Shown one piece after another: positions 42,961 to 53,572 of a DNA stretch of 64,000 nucleotides (positions are counted from its first letter, which is position 1; every line of letters starts with the position of its first letter). The stretch comes from Acidobacteriota bacterium (GTDB taxonomy: Bacteria > Acidobacteriota > UBA890 > WLXD01). The notes beneath the pieces were generated by a model that was not told the origin of the DNA, searched no databases, and was given only the letters and a program-made list of their open reading frames with translations. The translations under genes and the position numbers were made by a program. The stretch lies in NCBI GenBank assembly GCA_965248695.1, contig CBDFKD010000002.1:1920001-1984000 (forward strand). The letters are read 5' to 3'.

Positions 42961-43524
42961 TTACTCCACCCGTTTGGCTAGAACGATACTCGGTTTTCCC
43001 CGCCCCTCCGCATCCGGCATCAGACCTACGACGGTGAAACCGACGCTGGCCCAGAACTCCCAGGCGTGCGGTTTGATGCTCTCGATGCTGGAAATCGCCG
43101 CCGCTGGATCAGCGTAGAGATCAGCGCCCGCCAGATTGGTCGACCCCATCTCGTCGCTGGTGCCGGCCCACAAGGTCAACACACCCTGCTGGCGCGCCTG
43201 TCGCTCGACATCCTCGATGAGGACTCGCCCATACCCTTTGCCCTGGTGCGCCGTGGCCACGGCGATCGGGTGAATCTCCCATACGCGACCGCCGCTGTGG
43301 GGGACAATGCCGATCCAGCCGACGGGCTCGCGTGACGCGTCGATCAGCACCCGACTGAGACGGCCGGGAGTCAGCGATTCGAGGATCTCGAGCGTCGCGT
43401 CGTTGACCGTGGGTAGCCAGTTCGGCGAATGCTGTTTGAGTGCCTCGAACACCAGCGGACCCAGTCGACCGATCATGTCGCGATCGTGTCCGACCAGATC
43501 GACGATTTGCTGGCTGCTCGCCAT
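42961..43524 (-). CDS. GNAT acetyltransferase, AAC(6')-Ia/Ii-like (start may be 43560)
   Basis: WEIHPIAV, QGKGYGR, LWAGTSDE, EFW..GF..VGLMPDA.G.GKP motifs. Confidence 0.8.
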   Translation of the reverse strand: MASSQQIVDLVGHDRDMIGRLGPLVFEALKQHSPNWLPTVNDATLEILESLTPGRLSRVLIDASREPVGWIGIVPHSGGRVWEIHPIAVATAHQGKGYGRVLIEDVERQARQQGVLTLWAGTSDEMGSTNLAGADLYADPAAAISSIESIKPHAWEFWASVGFTVVGLMPDAEGRGKPSIVLAKRVE

Positions 43525-44289
43525 GGGCACTCCGGTGCTTCGAGAGCTTGGTTGGCTCATCCGTGATGGGTTGCGGATCGTGAACCGCAGCGTCTAGATT
43601 GCTACGCCCGCTGCCGAAGGTCCAATCGCATCAAGCCGTAACCGGGGGGGGAATCGTGTTCTTCGCCGCCCGATCACCTCAGCGCGCGAAGACAGGTGGC
43701 GTCCGCTCAGACCATGGCCGGGCCTCTTCGAGCTCGTACGCGAGCTCCAGGAGCGTTCGCTCGGCACCACGCCAGGCAGAGAACTGCACCCCGACGGGCA
43801 GCTCGTCCGTGGTCCGGTGCAGCGGGACCGACATTCCCGGCATGCCGGTAGCGTTCTGCAACGGCGTGTAGGCCACCGCGTCGAGCACGCGCTCGAGGGG
43901 CCCAGAACCCGATGAACGCGTCGATGAATTCCTCACCGGGCAGCGGAAGGGCGACCTCTTCGACTTCATGCCCCAGCTGCTCGCATAGTGTCGCCGCGTC
44001 CCTGACGCCCTGCTCCACCTCCGGATGCGGCGCAACGCCGTGGAAGGACTCGGTCATCAGCGCAACCCGGAGGCGATGGGAACGATGCCCGCCGCTACCG
44101 CAGCGGCCCGAGCCGCCACTGGAGCCACCGGGCGAGTATTCGAGATTCCACGGGTTATGCGTTGGTCCGTGCAGGATCGGCTCGGTGGTGTCGATGAGCC
44201 CGAACTCCGGTGAGTTTGTGACGCCTGTAACGATCATTCCAGAAGCCTCCATCGCTGCGATCAGCCGCGAGGTTTCCTCTGGCGGCAGG

Positions 44290-45549
44290 TGACCTGACCC
44301 CCGAAAACGGATCCGGATGTAATCTCACGATCTGGGTCAAGAACGGGAGGTCAGAATGCCGAGTAAGAGGCACAGCGCCGAGCAGATCGTACGCAAGCTC
44401 CGGGAGGCTGAGGTGGAGCTGGCTCGAGGGGCGACGGTCAAGGATGCCTGCCGCAAGCTAGCAATCACCGAGCACACCTACTACCGGTGGCGGCGAGAGT
44501 ACGGCGGACTGAAGCTCAACCAGGCCAGAAAGCTCAAGCAACTGGAGAAGGAGAATGCCCGGCTCAAGAGGCTGGTGGCGGAAAAGGAACTCGACCTGTC
44601 GATCCTGAAGGAAGTGGCGGAGGGAAACTTCTGAGCCCAGCTCGGCGGCGAGAGGCGGTGGCACATGTACGGGGGCGGCTGGGCGTCTCGGAGAGGCGGG
44701 CGTGTCGGGTACTGAAACAACCACGCACGACACACCGGTACGTGCCAAGAGAGCCGCAACAGGAGCAGATTTTGACGGAGCGGATCGTGGATTTAGCCCG
44801 ACAGTACGGGCGCTACGGATATCGGAGGGTGACAGCGTTGCTGCGCATGGAGGGCTGGTCCGTGAACCACAAACGAGTGCAGCGTATCTGGCGGCGCGAA
44901 GGGCTGAAAGTACCGAGAAAACAGCCCAAACGAGCACGGCTGTGGCTGAGCGATGGCTCCTGCATCCGGCTGCGCCCACAGCACCGGGATCATGTCTGGG
45001 CGTATGACTTCCTGCACCACCGGACGCACGACGGTCGGGCTATGAGGCTGCTGACGATCGTCGATGAGTACACACGAGAAAGCCTGGCGATCCATGTAGC
45101 ACGGAAGCTCAACTCTGAGGACGTGCTGGAGCAGCTCGGGAGGTTGTTCGTACACCGGGGCATACCTGAGCACATCCGGTCGGATAACGGACCAGAGTTC
45201 ACCGCCGAGGCGGTTCGCGACTGGCTGGGCCGGTTGGGCGTGGGGACGCTGTTCATCGAGCCGGGCTCGCCGTGGGAGAACGGTTACGTGGAGAGCTTCA
45301 ACGGCAAGCTACGCGACGAGCTGCTGGATGGAGAGATCTTCTACACGCTCAAGGAGGCAAAGGTTCTGATCGAGAGATGGCGTCAGCACTACAACCGCAT
45401 GCGACCGCACAGCTCGCTGAGCTATCGGCCGCCCGCACCCGAAGCGACGTTGTTGAAGCCGGCTGCGCTCCGCTTCGCCGGCCTCAACAACCTCTTGTCA
45501 GCACCGAGTTACTGAGATAAGACATGGTACTAACCGCGGGGTCAGGTCA
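44290..45549 (+). mobile_element. IS3-family insertion sequence (IS407-group-like), 1260 bp
   Basis: Ends TGACCTGACCCC...GGGGTCAGGTCA; 4-bp target duplication CAGG (44286-44289 / 45550-45553). Confidence 0.95.
44356..45515 (+). CDS. IS3 transposase OrfA/OrfB joined by a -1 programmed frameshift
   Basis: OrfA HTH at 44356-44634; slippery G GGA AAC at 44622-44628 followed by a GCCCAGC/GCTGGGC stem; OrfB with WAYDF, SDNGPEF, ESFNGKLRDE (DDE). Confidence 0.93.
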
Positions 45550-46063
45550 CAGGGTGCCGCGCTCGATCGCGCGGGCGTATAGCCGCGACCCCGAATCGAT
45601 GGATGCGCCTTCATAGTCGGTGAGGTTCTTGAGCATCACCGGCACGCCGGCCAGCCGCCCCTGGCCCGAAGGTTGCTCGGCGCGGGCGAGCGCCGACTGC
45701 ACGTCAAATACGCCCGGCACCACGGCACCGAGACTGGCGTTGAGCTGCTCGGTGCGCCGGATCGCCGATTCGACCAGCTCGAGCGGCGTTATCTGGCCGT
45801 CGCGCGCGAGCTTCGACATCCCCATGCCATCGAGACGAGCGAGATCCGATGCCGTCGACCGATCGACCGCTGTGTCGGAGTCACCCGGCCGGCAGGCGAA
45901 GATCGACAGGCCGCCGGCGGACGATACCGAAAGGGCCACGGCGCGCTTGAGAAAGTCGCGTCGGGTGCCACCGGCCACTGCATGTGGCTCAGTGATTGGC
46001 GAGTCGCGCGCCATCCAATGCGATCGGCAGCCACGCCCGCAGCGGTCCAACGCCCGCAACGGC

Positions 46064-47167
46064 TCAGGTTCCCCGGTTCAGCAAGATCGTTATCGAGGCC
46101 TCGGCATCGTTGGCAGTCGCCAGGTCCGGCAGGCCGTCGCCGTTGAAGTCTGCCGCAACGACCTGGTGGGGCTGCTCGCCGACGGGTACGGAGAACGCCA
46201 CCTCGAGCTCGCCGCTGCCGTCGTTGGCGAGCATCGAGATCCGGTGCCCGGAATAGTCAGCAATCGCCACGTCGAGATCGCCGTCACCGTCATAGTCGAG
46301 CGCCACGGCGGCCCACGGAGTCTCGGGTACGATCACCGAAACGTCATGCTCCAGCGAGCCGGCACGGTTCACCAGCACCATTGCCTCGCCGGTACCCGAG
46401 CTGGTGACGATCATGTCGACGTCGCCATCGTTGTCGAGGTCGCCGCCTGCCGCAATGTGGTGATTGGCTCCGAGGGTCAGCGCCGCGCCGGCCGAGAAGC
46501 CGCCGGCACCGTCGTTGAGCAATACATTCACCATGGCGGCGCTGAAGCTGGAGACTACGAGGTCCAGATCACCGTCGGAATCCAGGTCGGCGACCACGGC
46601 CCGCTCCGCGCCCGGGCTTGCCGCGACCGTGCTGGCAAGTGCGAAGCCGCCGGTACCATCGTTGACCAGCAACGAGACGGTTGCCGAACCGAAGTCCGAG
46701 ACCACCCAGTCGATGTCGCCGTCGCCGTCGATATCCGCGGCGACGATGGCGTGCGGACTGGTCCCAACGGTGACTGCCACCCCGGCACGGAAGCGAGCGT
46801 CGCCGGCGTTCATCAGGAGCACGACCTCGTCGGCGCCGGCGTTGACGATTGCCAGATCAAGATCGCCGTCGGCATCCACATCGGCCGCGGCGAGCGCTTC
46901 GGGGCGCTGAAACCCGTCCATCGGCACGCCGGCTACGAAGTTGCCGCGGCCATCGTTCAGCAGTAGCGAGACAGTGTTCGCCTGCTGGTCGGCGGTCGCC
47001 AAGTCGAGATCGCCATCGCCGTCGAAGTCGCCCGCCTGAAGGTTGTAGGCCGGGGTCGCCACGCGCACATCGCGGCGCTCGAAGCCCGCCGTCGATTCCT
47101 GCGAGTACGCCCCCCCCGCCGCTGCCGCCAGCAACAGCCACGCGCAGACGAGCGACGTCCTGTCCAT
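46064..47167 (-). CDS. Secreted FG-GAP/VCBS repeat beta-propeller protein
   Basis: Signal peptide, then seven DxDGDGDxD...LLN repeats. Confidence 0.9.
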   Translation of the reverse strand: MDRTSLVCAWLLLAAAAGGAYSQESTAGFERRDVRVATPAYNLQAGDFDGDGDLDLATADQQANTVSLLLNDGRGNFVAGVPMDGFQRPEALAAADVDADGDLDLAIVNAGADEVVLLMNAGDARFRAGVAVTVGTSPHAIVAADIDGDGDIDWVVSDFGSATVSLLVNDGTGGFALASTVAASPGAERAVVADLDSDGDLDLVVSSFSAAMVNVLLNDGAGGFSAGAALTLGANHHIAAGGDLDNDGDVDMIVTSSGTGEAMVLVNRAGSLEHDVSVIVPETPWAAVALDYDGDGDLDVAIADYSGHRISMLANDGSGELEVAFSVPVGEQPHQVVAADFNGDGLPDLATANDAEASITILLNRGT

Positions 47168-47171
47168 GCTG

Positions 47172-48569
47172 CTAGCCACGCTCCCTGACAACTTCGCGAA
47201 TTCCGTAGCGCTTGATCATCTCGTTCAACGTCGTAGGTTTGACGTCGAGCAGGGACGCGGCGTCCTTCTGCACCCAGTCGGTCTGCTCCAGCGCGCGTAG
47301 AATCAGCCGCTTTTGGAACTCGCCCACCATCTCCTTGAGCGGCGCAGCGCCCAGCGTCGGGTTTGGCAGCGCGGCCGCGTCTAGCGGGCGCGGATCGATG
47401 TAGTCGCGCACCAACTCGACGCGAATCACACCGTCGGGCGGCGCCAATACGACGGCGCGCTCGATGGCGTTCTCCAGCTCGCGGACGTTGCCGGGCCAAT
47501 CGAACAACCGCAGCTCGTCGATGGCCTCCTCATCAATGCGCATGCCATCGCGACCATTCTCCTCCGAGTACTTGTCGAGGAAGTACTGGGTCAGCAGCGG
47601 AATGTCATCAGCACGATCTCGCAGCGGCGGGATCTTGATCGAGATGACGTTGAGTCGGTAGTAGAGGTCTTCGCGGAACTCGCCGAGCGCCACCTTGTCG
47701 CGCAGGTTGACGTTGGTGGCGCAGATGATGCGCACGTCGGTCTTGATGTTGTCAAGGCCGCCGACCCGCATGAACTCTTTCTCTTGCACTACGCGTAGCA
47801 GCTTCGCCTGTACGTCGGGAGCAATATTGCCGATCTCGTCGAAGAACAGCGTGCCGCCGTCGGCGACTTCGAACAGACCCTTCTTGCTGGCGACCGCACC
47901 GGTAAACGCCCCCTTGACGTGGCCGAAGAGGTTGCTCTCCAGCAGCTCGCTGGGCATCGCCCCCGAGTTGACGGTGACAAAAGCCTTCTCCGCCCGTGCA
48001 CTGTTGGCGTGGATGGCTTTGGCCACCAGTTCCTTACCGGTACCGCTGTCGCCGTGGATCAGAATCGTCGATCGCGAGGGCGCCGCCTGTGAGATGAGAG
48101 CGTAGACGTCCTGCATCTTGCGGTTCTTGCCGATGATGTTCTCGAAGCGGTACTTCTCACGCAGGGCGCGCCGGAGGCTCTGCACTTCGAGCTCCAGCTC
48201 CCGTTGCCTGATGGCGCTCTGCACCACCAGCAACACCTCGTCGTTCTTGAACGGCTTGGTGATGTACTCGTGGGCACCGCGCTTCATCGCCTCGACCGCC
48301 GACTCGACGGAGGCGTAGGCGGTGATCATGATCACCGGGAGCGTGCGATCGATCTGCTTGAGCGCCTCGGTAGTCTGGATACCGTCGATGCCGGGCATCA
48401 TGAGGTCGACGACAGCACAGTCGTAGGGGCGCGCCTGAGCCAGCTCGATGCCCTCCTCGCCCGACTGGGCAATATCAACCTCATAGCCCTCGTCGGACAG
48501 GAACTCCGACAAGATCTCCTGCATGATCGGCTCGTCGTCGACCACCAGAATGGTCTGCTTGTTCGACAA
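47172..48569 (-). CDS. Sigma-54-dependent response regulator (NtrC family)
   Basis: Receiver domain (VDD, DLMMP, KPF), GDSGTGKE, GAFTGA, FREDLYYRL, WPGNVREL, C-terminal HTH; TTG start after AGGAG. Confidence 0.95.
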   Translation of the reverse strand: MSNKQTILVVDDEPIMQEILSEFLSDEGYEVDIAQSGEEGIELAQARPYDCAVVDLMMPGIDGIQTTEALKQIDRTLPVIMITAYASVESAVEAMKRGAHEYITKPFKNDEVLLVVQSAIRQRELELEVQSLRRALREKYRFENIIGKNRKMQDVYALISQAAPSRSTILIHGDSGTGKELVAKAIHANSARAEKAFVTVNSGAMPSELLESNLFGHVKGAFTGAVASKKGLFEVADGGTLFFDEIGNIAPDVQAKLLRVVQEKEFMRVGGLDNIKTDVRIICATNVNLRDKVALGEFREDLYYRLNVISIKIPPLRDRADDIPLLTQYFLDKYSEENGRDGMRIDEEAIDELRLFDWPGNVRELENAIERAVVLAPPDGVIRVELVRDYIDPRPLDAAALPNPTLGAAPLKEMVGEFQKRLILRALEQTDWVQKDAASLLDVKPTTLNEMIKRYGIREVVRERG

Positions 48570-48621
48570 AGGTTCTCCTGCCCGGCCGGCTGGCGATCAG
48601 CCGGCACGCGGTGGAATTGCG

Positions 48622-51492
48622 CTAGCTGGCGGCGGCTTGCTCGTCAGCGGCCGTCGACGGGAGCGTGATGAGAAACGTCGTGCCGGCGTCCGGATCGCTC
48701 TCCACGGCAATCGTCCCGCGATGCTCTTGAATGATGCCGTAGCTCACGGACAAGCCCAGGCCGGTGCCCTTGCCGACGCCCTTGGTGGTGAAGAACGGGT
48801 CGTAGACCTTCTCGAGATCGCTCTCCTTGATACCTGTCCCGTTGTCGCTTACCCGAAGCACAGAGGCACCGTTGTTCTGGCTGGTCTCGATGTATAGCTC
48901 CCCACCGGCGGGCATGGCGTCGCGCGCGTTGAGCAACAGGTTCATTAGGACCTGCTGGAGCTTGATCGGATCACCTGTGACCGGCGCCACATCACCACCT
49001 AGCTCCGTGGTGATCTTGATGCTGCGCTTGTGGAGCTGAATCTCCGCCAACGCAAGCGTTTCATGCACCACGTCGTTGAGTTGCACATGTCTGAACTCGC
49101 CCGTTTCCTGGCGCGAGAAATTCAGCAGGTTGTTGACGATCTGAGATGCCCGGAACGATTGCTTCTCGATCTTCTCGAGTATGGCGAGACGCGGATCGGT
49201 GTCAGGCAGCTTGCGCTGCAACATCTGCACATAGCTCGAGATGCCGGTAAGCGGCGTGTTTACCTCGTGGGCAACACCGGCGGCAAGCAGCCCGACTGAG
49301 GTGAGCTTCTCGGCCTGCTGCAGCTGTGCCTCGAGCTCGGCGCGCTCGGTTACGTCGTCGACAATGATGACCGTGCCCTCGCCGCCCTCTTCACCGACCA
49401 GGGGCGCCATCGAGAGCGTGACGACCCGATCCTCGCCAGCCCGCGTTCGGAGCGGGATGCGGTACGCAGAAGTTATCGGCTCGAGGCCGCGATGGAGCTT
49501 GCCGCGCGCCTCACTGAGCACGCGGGTGAAGGTGGCCGGGAACAGATCGTCGGCCGTCAGCCCCATGGCCTGTTCCGGCTCGACGCCGTGCAGACGCGCG
49601 AGCGACCGGTTCCATGACTGAACCCTTCCGTTCTCGTCGAGGACCATGACGCCGGCCTTGATGCTCTCGACAACGTTCTCGCTGTATTCCTTCAGACGCT
49701 CCAGATCGCCGGCACGTCGCTGTACCTCCCGGTACAGCAGCGCGTTGTCGATCGCCAGCGCAAGGTGGGCCGCCAGCGGTTGCAGCACCTTGAGGTCTTC
49801 GGTCGACAGGTAGTCGCCCGACAGCTTTCTGCCCAGCGCCAATACCCCGATGATGTCGTCCTTTACGTCCAGCGGCAGGAAGTACGACAGATCCTCGGCC
49901 TCGAGGATCTCGCGATCGTCGGGGTACTCGTCGAGCAGGCTCCCGAGGTCGTCGACGTACAGAAACTCACGCTTGGCCAGAGCGCCCGCGACGAACTGCG
50001 AGAACGTCGACGACAGCTCCCGACCCTCGGACAGAGCGCCGTCGGCGGGCACGATGCGCAACGGGTCGCGCTCCTGGGCGCGCAACAGCACGGCGACGCG
50101 CCCCACATGCAAGGTCTCTCGTACCCGCTGGGCGAGCCGGTCAACAACGCGGGAAAGGTCGGTCTCGCTGTTGAGCTCGCGCCCGAAGTCCATCAGCGTG
50201 CGTCGGGCACGATAGCTCTCGCGGTAGTAGACCCGATCGGCAAGATCGCCGAGCTTGTCGCGCAACGGGGCAAAGCCGATCGCCACCAGCAACGTCGCCA
50301 GCAGCGACGCCGTCTGCACCAATTGGTCTTCTGGGCCGAGGAGCAGGGCCAGCGACCATTGCGAGACGAAGAACACTCCGAGTACAAGCAAGATCGCCAC
50401 TGCATAGGTGATGCTCTGCTTGAGAATGACCTCAACGTCCCATAGGCGGAAGCCCACCGCGGCGTATGCGAACGACAGAGGTACCAACATCAGCGGGACC
50501 ATCGACAGGTTGGTCAACGGCACGTACTCGAGACCGAGCACCTCCATCGGCAGGTAGATCGCCACGAACGGCAGAAAACCGACCGTGAGACCGCCGACGA
50601 GCCACTTCAGGCGCATGCGTTCCGCCGGACTGGTGGAGTTCCGGAACGTATGCGCGAAGATCGCCAGCGCGAGAACGATCGCGAGAGCGAAGTACAAGAG
50701 CTCGCCGAGAGCTCCGATCTGAAAAAGCCGATCAGCCCCTACCGCCGACAGTCCCAGCCACCGGCCGGCGTACCGAGACGCCAGATGGATCGAGAACAGC
50801 AAGGCGCCCGGGGCGATGATTGCCAGAGTCAGCGCTGAGCGGGCTTCCTCGAACTCACGTTTGGGACGCGGAAAGGTGAGCGCGAAGTACACGAACAGGC
50901 CGGGGACAACGGCCCGGGCAATCTGATCGAGCCACAAGATGACGTTGTTCCACGGATCTGCGGCGCGCGTCGTGGCCGAGAGCGTCAGCAATACGTAGAA
51001 CGCCACCGCCAACGCGAAGAAACGATGCCTGGACGAATCGGAGCCGCGCAGCAGGGCGAAGATGCCGACCAGCAGAAATGCGAGACCGACGAAGGCGAGG
51101 TAGTAGTAATAGCCGGCGTCCACTCGCCGGCCGCCGACGATCACCGGAGCGAGAATATCGGGGCCCGCCCGCTGCACCATGTACTCGACCCGTTCGCCGA
51201 CGTCGCGGCTGAAGAGCATGATCTCCACCACTATCGGGTCGATCGGTGGCTGGCCATCGATGCTCAACAAGGTGTCGCCGATATGCAGGCCGGCGTCGGC
51301 ACCGGCACCGGCCGTCTCGACCGCTGCGGCCATCACCTGGTCGCCACGAAGCTCCCAGCGCACGCCGTCCGTGGGTTCTCGCCAGCTCAGCTGATTGGTG
51401 AAGGAGATCACCCCGAGAAACACCAGGGCGCCAGCGAGCACAATCAGCCCGACGATCTGCAGCGCGTCGATGCGTTGGCGTTGGTTTGTCAT
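48622..51492 (-). CDS. Sensor histidine kinase: PDZ, multi-TM, GAF, PAS, HisKA, HATPase
   Basis: AGLHIGDTLLSIDG (PDZ), AHEVNTPL, NLLLNARDA, DNGTG, PFFTTK, GTGLGL. Confidence 0.93.
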   Translation of the reverse strand: MTNQRQRIDALQIVGLIVLAGALVFLGVISFTNQLSWREPTDGVRWELRGDQVMAAAVETAGAGADAGLHIGDTLLSIDGQPPIDPIVVEIMLFSRDVGERVEYMVQRAGPDILAPVIVGGRRVDAGYYYYLAFVGLAFLLVGIFALLRGSDSSRHRFFALAVAFYVLLTLSATTRAADPWNNVILWLDQIARAVVPGLFVYFALTFPRPKREFEEARSALTLAIIAPGALLFSIHLASRYAGRWLGLSAVGADRLFQIGALGELLYFALAIVLALAIFAHTFRNSTSPAERMRLKWLVGGLTVGFLPFVAIYLPMEVLGLEYVPLTNLSMVPLMLVPLSFAYAAVGFRLWDVEVILKQSITYAVAILLVLGVFFVSQWSLALLLGPEDQLVQTASLLATLLVAIGFAPLRDKLGDLADRVYYRESYRARRTLMDFGRELNSETDLSRVVDRLAQRVRETLHVGRVAVLLRAQERDPLRIVPADGALSEGRELSSTFSQFVAGALAKREFLYVDDLGSLLDEYPDDREILEAEDLSYFLPLDVKDDIIGVLALGRKLSGDYLSTEDLKVLQPLAAHLALAIDNALLYREVQRRAGDLERLKEYSENVVESIKAGVMVLDENGRVQSWNRSLARLHGVEPEQAMGLTADDLFPATFTRVLSEARGKLHRGLEPITSAYRIPLRTRAGEDRVVTLSMAPLVGEEGGEGTVIIVDDVTERAELEAQLQQAEKLTSVGLLAAGVAHEVNTPLTGISSYVQMLQRKLPDTDPRLAILEKIEKQSFRASQIVNNLLNFSRQETGEFRHVQLNDVVHETLALAEIQLHKRSIKITTELGGDVAPVTGDPIKLQQVLMNLLLNARDAMPAGGELYIETSQNNGASVLRVSDNGTGIKESDLEKVYDPFFTTKGVGKGTGLGLSVSYGIIQEHRGTIAVESDPDAGTTFLITLPSTAADEQAAAS

Positions 51493-51562
51493 CAGGAGTA
51501 CTGGATTCGAACGGACGGGCAGCAGGGACTCATCGCACTGCGGGCTCCAGCTCCAGACTTAC

Positions 51563-51577
51563 GCAAGAGGCATACCA
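51563..51577 (-). promoter_or_regulatory. Sigma-54 -24/-12 promoter upstream of the kinase operon
   Basis: TGGTATGCCTCTTGC (GG-N10-GC) about 70 nt before the ATG; AT-rich IHF-like tract at 51660-51696. Confidence 0.75.
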
Positions 51578-51835
51578 CTCGGCGCGGCACCCAACGCGGC
51601 CCGAAGCAGCCGGCTAATAGGGGCCCGGGCAAACCCGTTTGACGATTCATGTCACCCAAGTATCCAATTTATTGGTTATCACATTCAAATACTTGAACCA
51701 GACACCGTCGGAGCCAGACGAAAAAAGGCGAGGGGATCGCCTCCCTCGCCGCACTTCAACTCACTCTTCGTACCGGATCCAGCGCCGCGCGCCAACCGCC
51801 CCAGAGGAGCGAGCCGCTGGTTCTGCTTTCTGTTT

Positions 51836-53572
51836 CTAAAAGCGAACCGCCAACCCGCCGGCGATACCGCGAGTCAGCCCTACGAGCTCGGCCAGCGACA
51901 CGTTGTAGAGGCGATCGTAGGCGGGTCCCAGAAGGTTCCGAACCTGCACCATCGCCGACCATTCGGCCCTCGCGGACTGGAACGGCAGCGGCTGTCGGAG
52001 TCGGAGGTCCAGCCGCCCGTAGTCGTATCGCACCTCACCCTCTTGCACGACGGGCATGCCCGACCGCCAGTTGTAGCTGGCCTCGAAGTATGTGCGTGAC
52101 GGCGCCAGCTCAGCGGCGACCGAAGCCTGAACTTCGTGCGTCCGCTGGACCGGATTCGTGTCGATCTCGGGCAAGCTGGCGACCAGCTGACCAGGTGTCC
52201 GGAACGAGTACGGTGTGTCGCGCTCATGGACCGCGTAGCTCACCTCGCCCGAGACGTTCCCCGTCAGCGTGTCGAGGAGCTCGCCGGCTACGGCGAACTC
52301 GAAACCGGCCGCTTTCGAATCGCCGACGTTGAAGAGCAGGTAGTTTCCGACGCCGTCCGGGCCGGAGACGAAGACACCAAGCAGCTCGTCGGTCACATGG
52401 TCGAAGTAGGCGCGCGCGCTTACCGCTGCCGGGCCGACGCGCTGCTCCACCTCGAGGTGATATCGACGAGCCTGCTCTGGTTGGACCCGACTCGTATTGC
52501 CAATGCGAAGCTCGGCCTGGCGCAGGAGCGACAGCACCTCGAACCCCTGATCATCGGCCAGCCCGAACCCGGTGGAACTGTGGGTCGCGCCGGTGGATAT
52601 GCGTGTGGTCTCACCGGGACGATAGGCAACCTCGATGCGGGGCGACACCAGCGCCGACTTCGCCAGGTAGCTCTGATGCTCGTAGCGGGCGCCCACGGAG
52701 ACACTCAGGGGACGTGAGATGCGCCACGTGTCGCTCACATCCAGGCGACCGATCCAGGCATCCCCCGAGACGTACTCGCGATGCGTCGGGGCGAGCAGAT
52801 CGAACGTCCCGCCGACATAGCCGAACCCGACCTGTAGCTCATGGTCACCCAAGTCGCGAGTGACCTTGCTGGCGGCCCACAGCGCCCCCGAGCCATCGAT
52901 GTGGGCGCGAAGCGCCCAGCTGGCAGGAGTGCCGAGAGAAAGCGATGTGACGCCGACGGTCTCGGAGCTGCTTACGTTGGTAACACTCCAGAGACGTAGC
53001 TCACCGGAAACAGCCGGCATCCCACGAACGACCCGATGGGTCAGAGCGTCGGTATGCGCCGAGGTGGTTGCGCCGGTGCCGGCATCAACGACGATCGTGC
53101 CGTCGGTCTGCCGCAGCACATCGCGTTTCTTCGACCGCAGCGCCCAGCTCATGTCCAGGGGCGCGCTGAAGGCAGAGAGGCTACGCGACGGATCCGCTTC
53201 GAGTTGCAGGGTCAACGGCGCGGTACCCGGTACGTTGATTCCCTGCATCATCGTACCGGCGAACCCCAGGCTTCCTACCAGGAGCGCATAGACACCGGAC
53301 GGTAGGTCCTTGACCTCGAATCCGCCCGTGACATCGGTTACTACAATCGCCGCAGGTTGGTCGTCGCCGAGCGCGATAGCCGCCACGAATGCACGCAGCA
53401 GGGGCAGTCCACGGGAATCCTGCACGACGCCAACGATGTGTTGCGTCGTAGAGGCGACCTGAGATTGCGCCGCAGCGGTCGCAGGAATGCTCGCCGTCAG
53501 CACGACGGCCAGCGTCAACGCGATCGCCCGGATCGATTGGGGACGTATCCGAGCCAATGGGTACCTTGGCAT
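51836..53572 (-). CDS. Outer-membrane beta-barrel protein with N-terminal carboxypeptidase-regulatory-like domain (TonB-receptor-like)
   Basis: Signal peptide, GVVQDSRGLPL...LPSGVY, beta-strand periodicity, terminal Phe (GGLAVRF). Confidence 0.75.
   Translation of the reverse strand: MPRYPLARIRPQSIRAIALTLAVVLTASIPATAAAQSQVASTTQHIVGVVQDSRGLPLLRAFVAAIALGDDQPAAIVVTDVTGGFEVKDLPSGVYALLVGSLGFAGTMMQGINVPGTAPLTLQLEADPSRSLSAFSAPLDMSWALRSKKRDVLRQTDGTIVVDAGTGATTSAHTDALTHRVVRGMPAVSGELRLWSVTNVSSSETVGVTSLSLGTPASWALRAHIDGSGALWAASKVTRDLGDHELQVGFGYVGGTFDLLAPTHREYVSGDAWIGRLDVSDTWRISRPLSVSVGARYEHQSYLAKSALVSPRIEVAYRPGETTRISTGATHSSTGFGLADDQGFEVLSLLRQAELRIGNTSRVQPEQARRYHLEVEQRVGPAAVSARAYFDHVTDELLGVFVSGPDGVGNYLLFNVGDSKAAGFEFAVAGELLDTLTGNVSGEVSYAVHERDTPYSFRTPGQLVASLPEIDTNPVQRTHEVQASVAAELAPSRTYFEASYNWRSGMPVVQEGEVRYDYGRLDLRLRQPLPFQSARAEWSAMVQVRNLLGPAYDRLYNVSLAELVGLTRGIAGGLAVRF

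Larger units (their letters stand above)
43679..46014 (-). pseudogene. Tat-exported amidase-signature enzyme disrupted by IS3, a frameshift and internal deletions
   Basis: TRRDFLK Tat motif and GRLAGVPVMLK on one side of the IS; TNSPEFG, NPW, PGGSSGGS and NATGMPGMSVPL, GVQF on the other; the GGSIRIP segment is missing. Confidence 0.88.
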
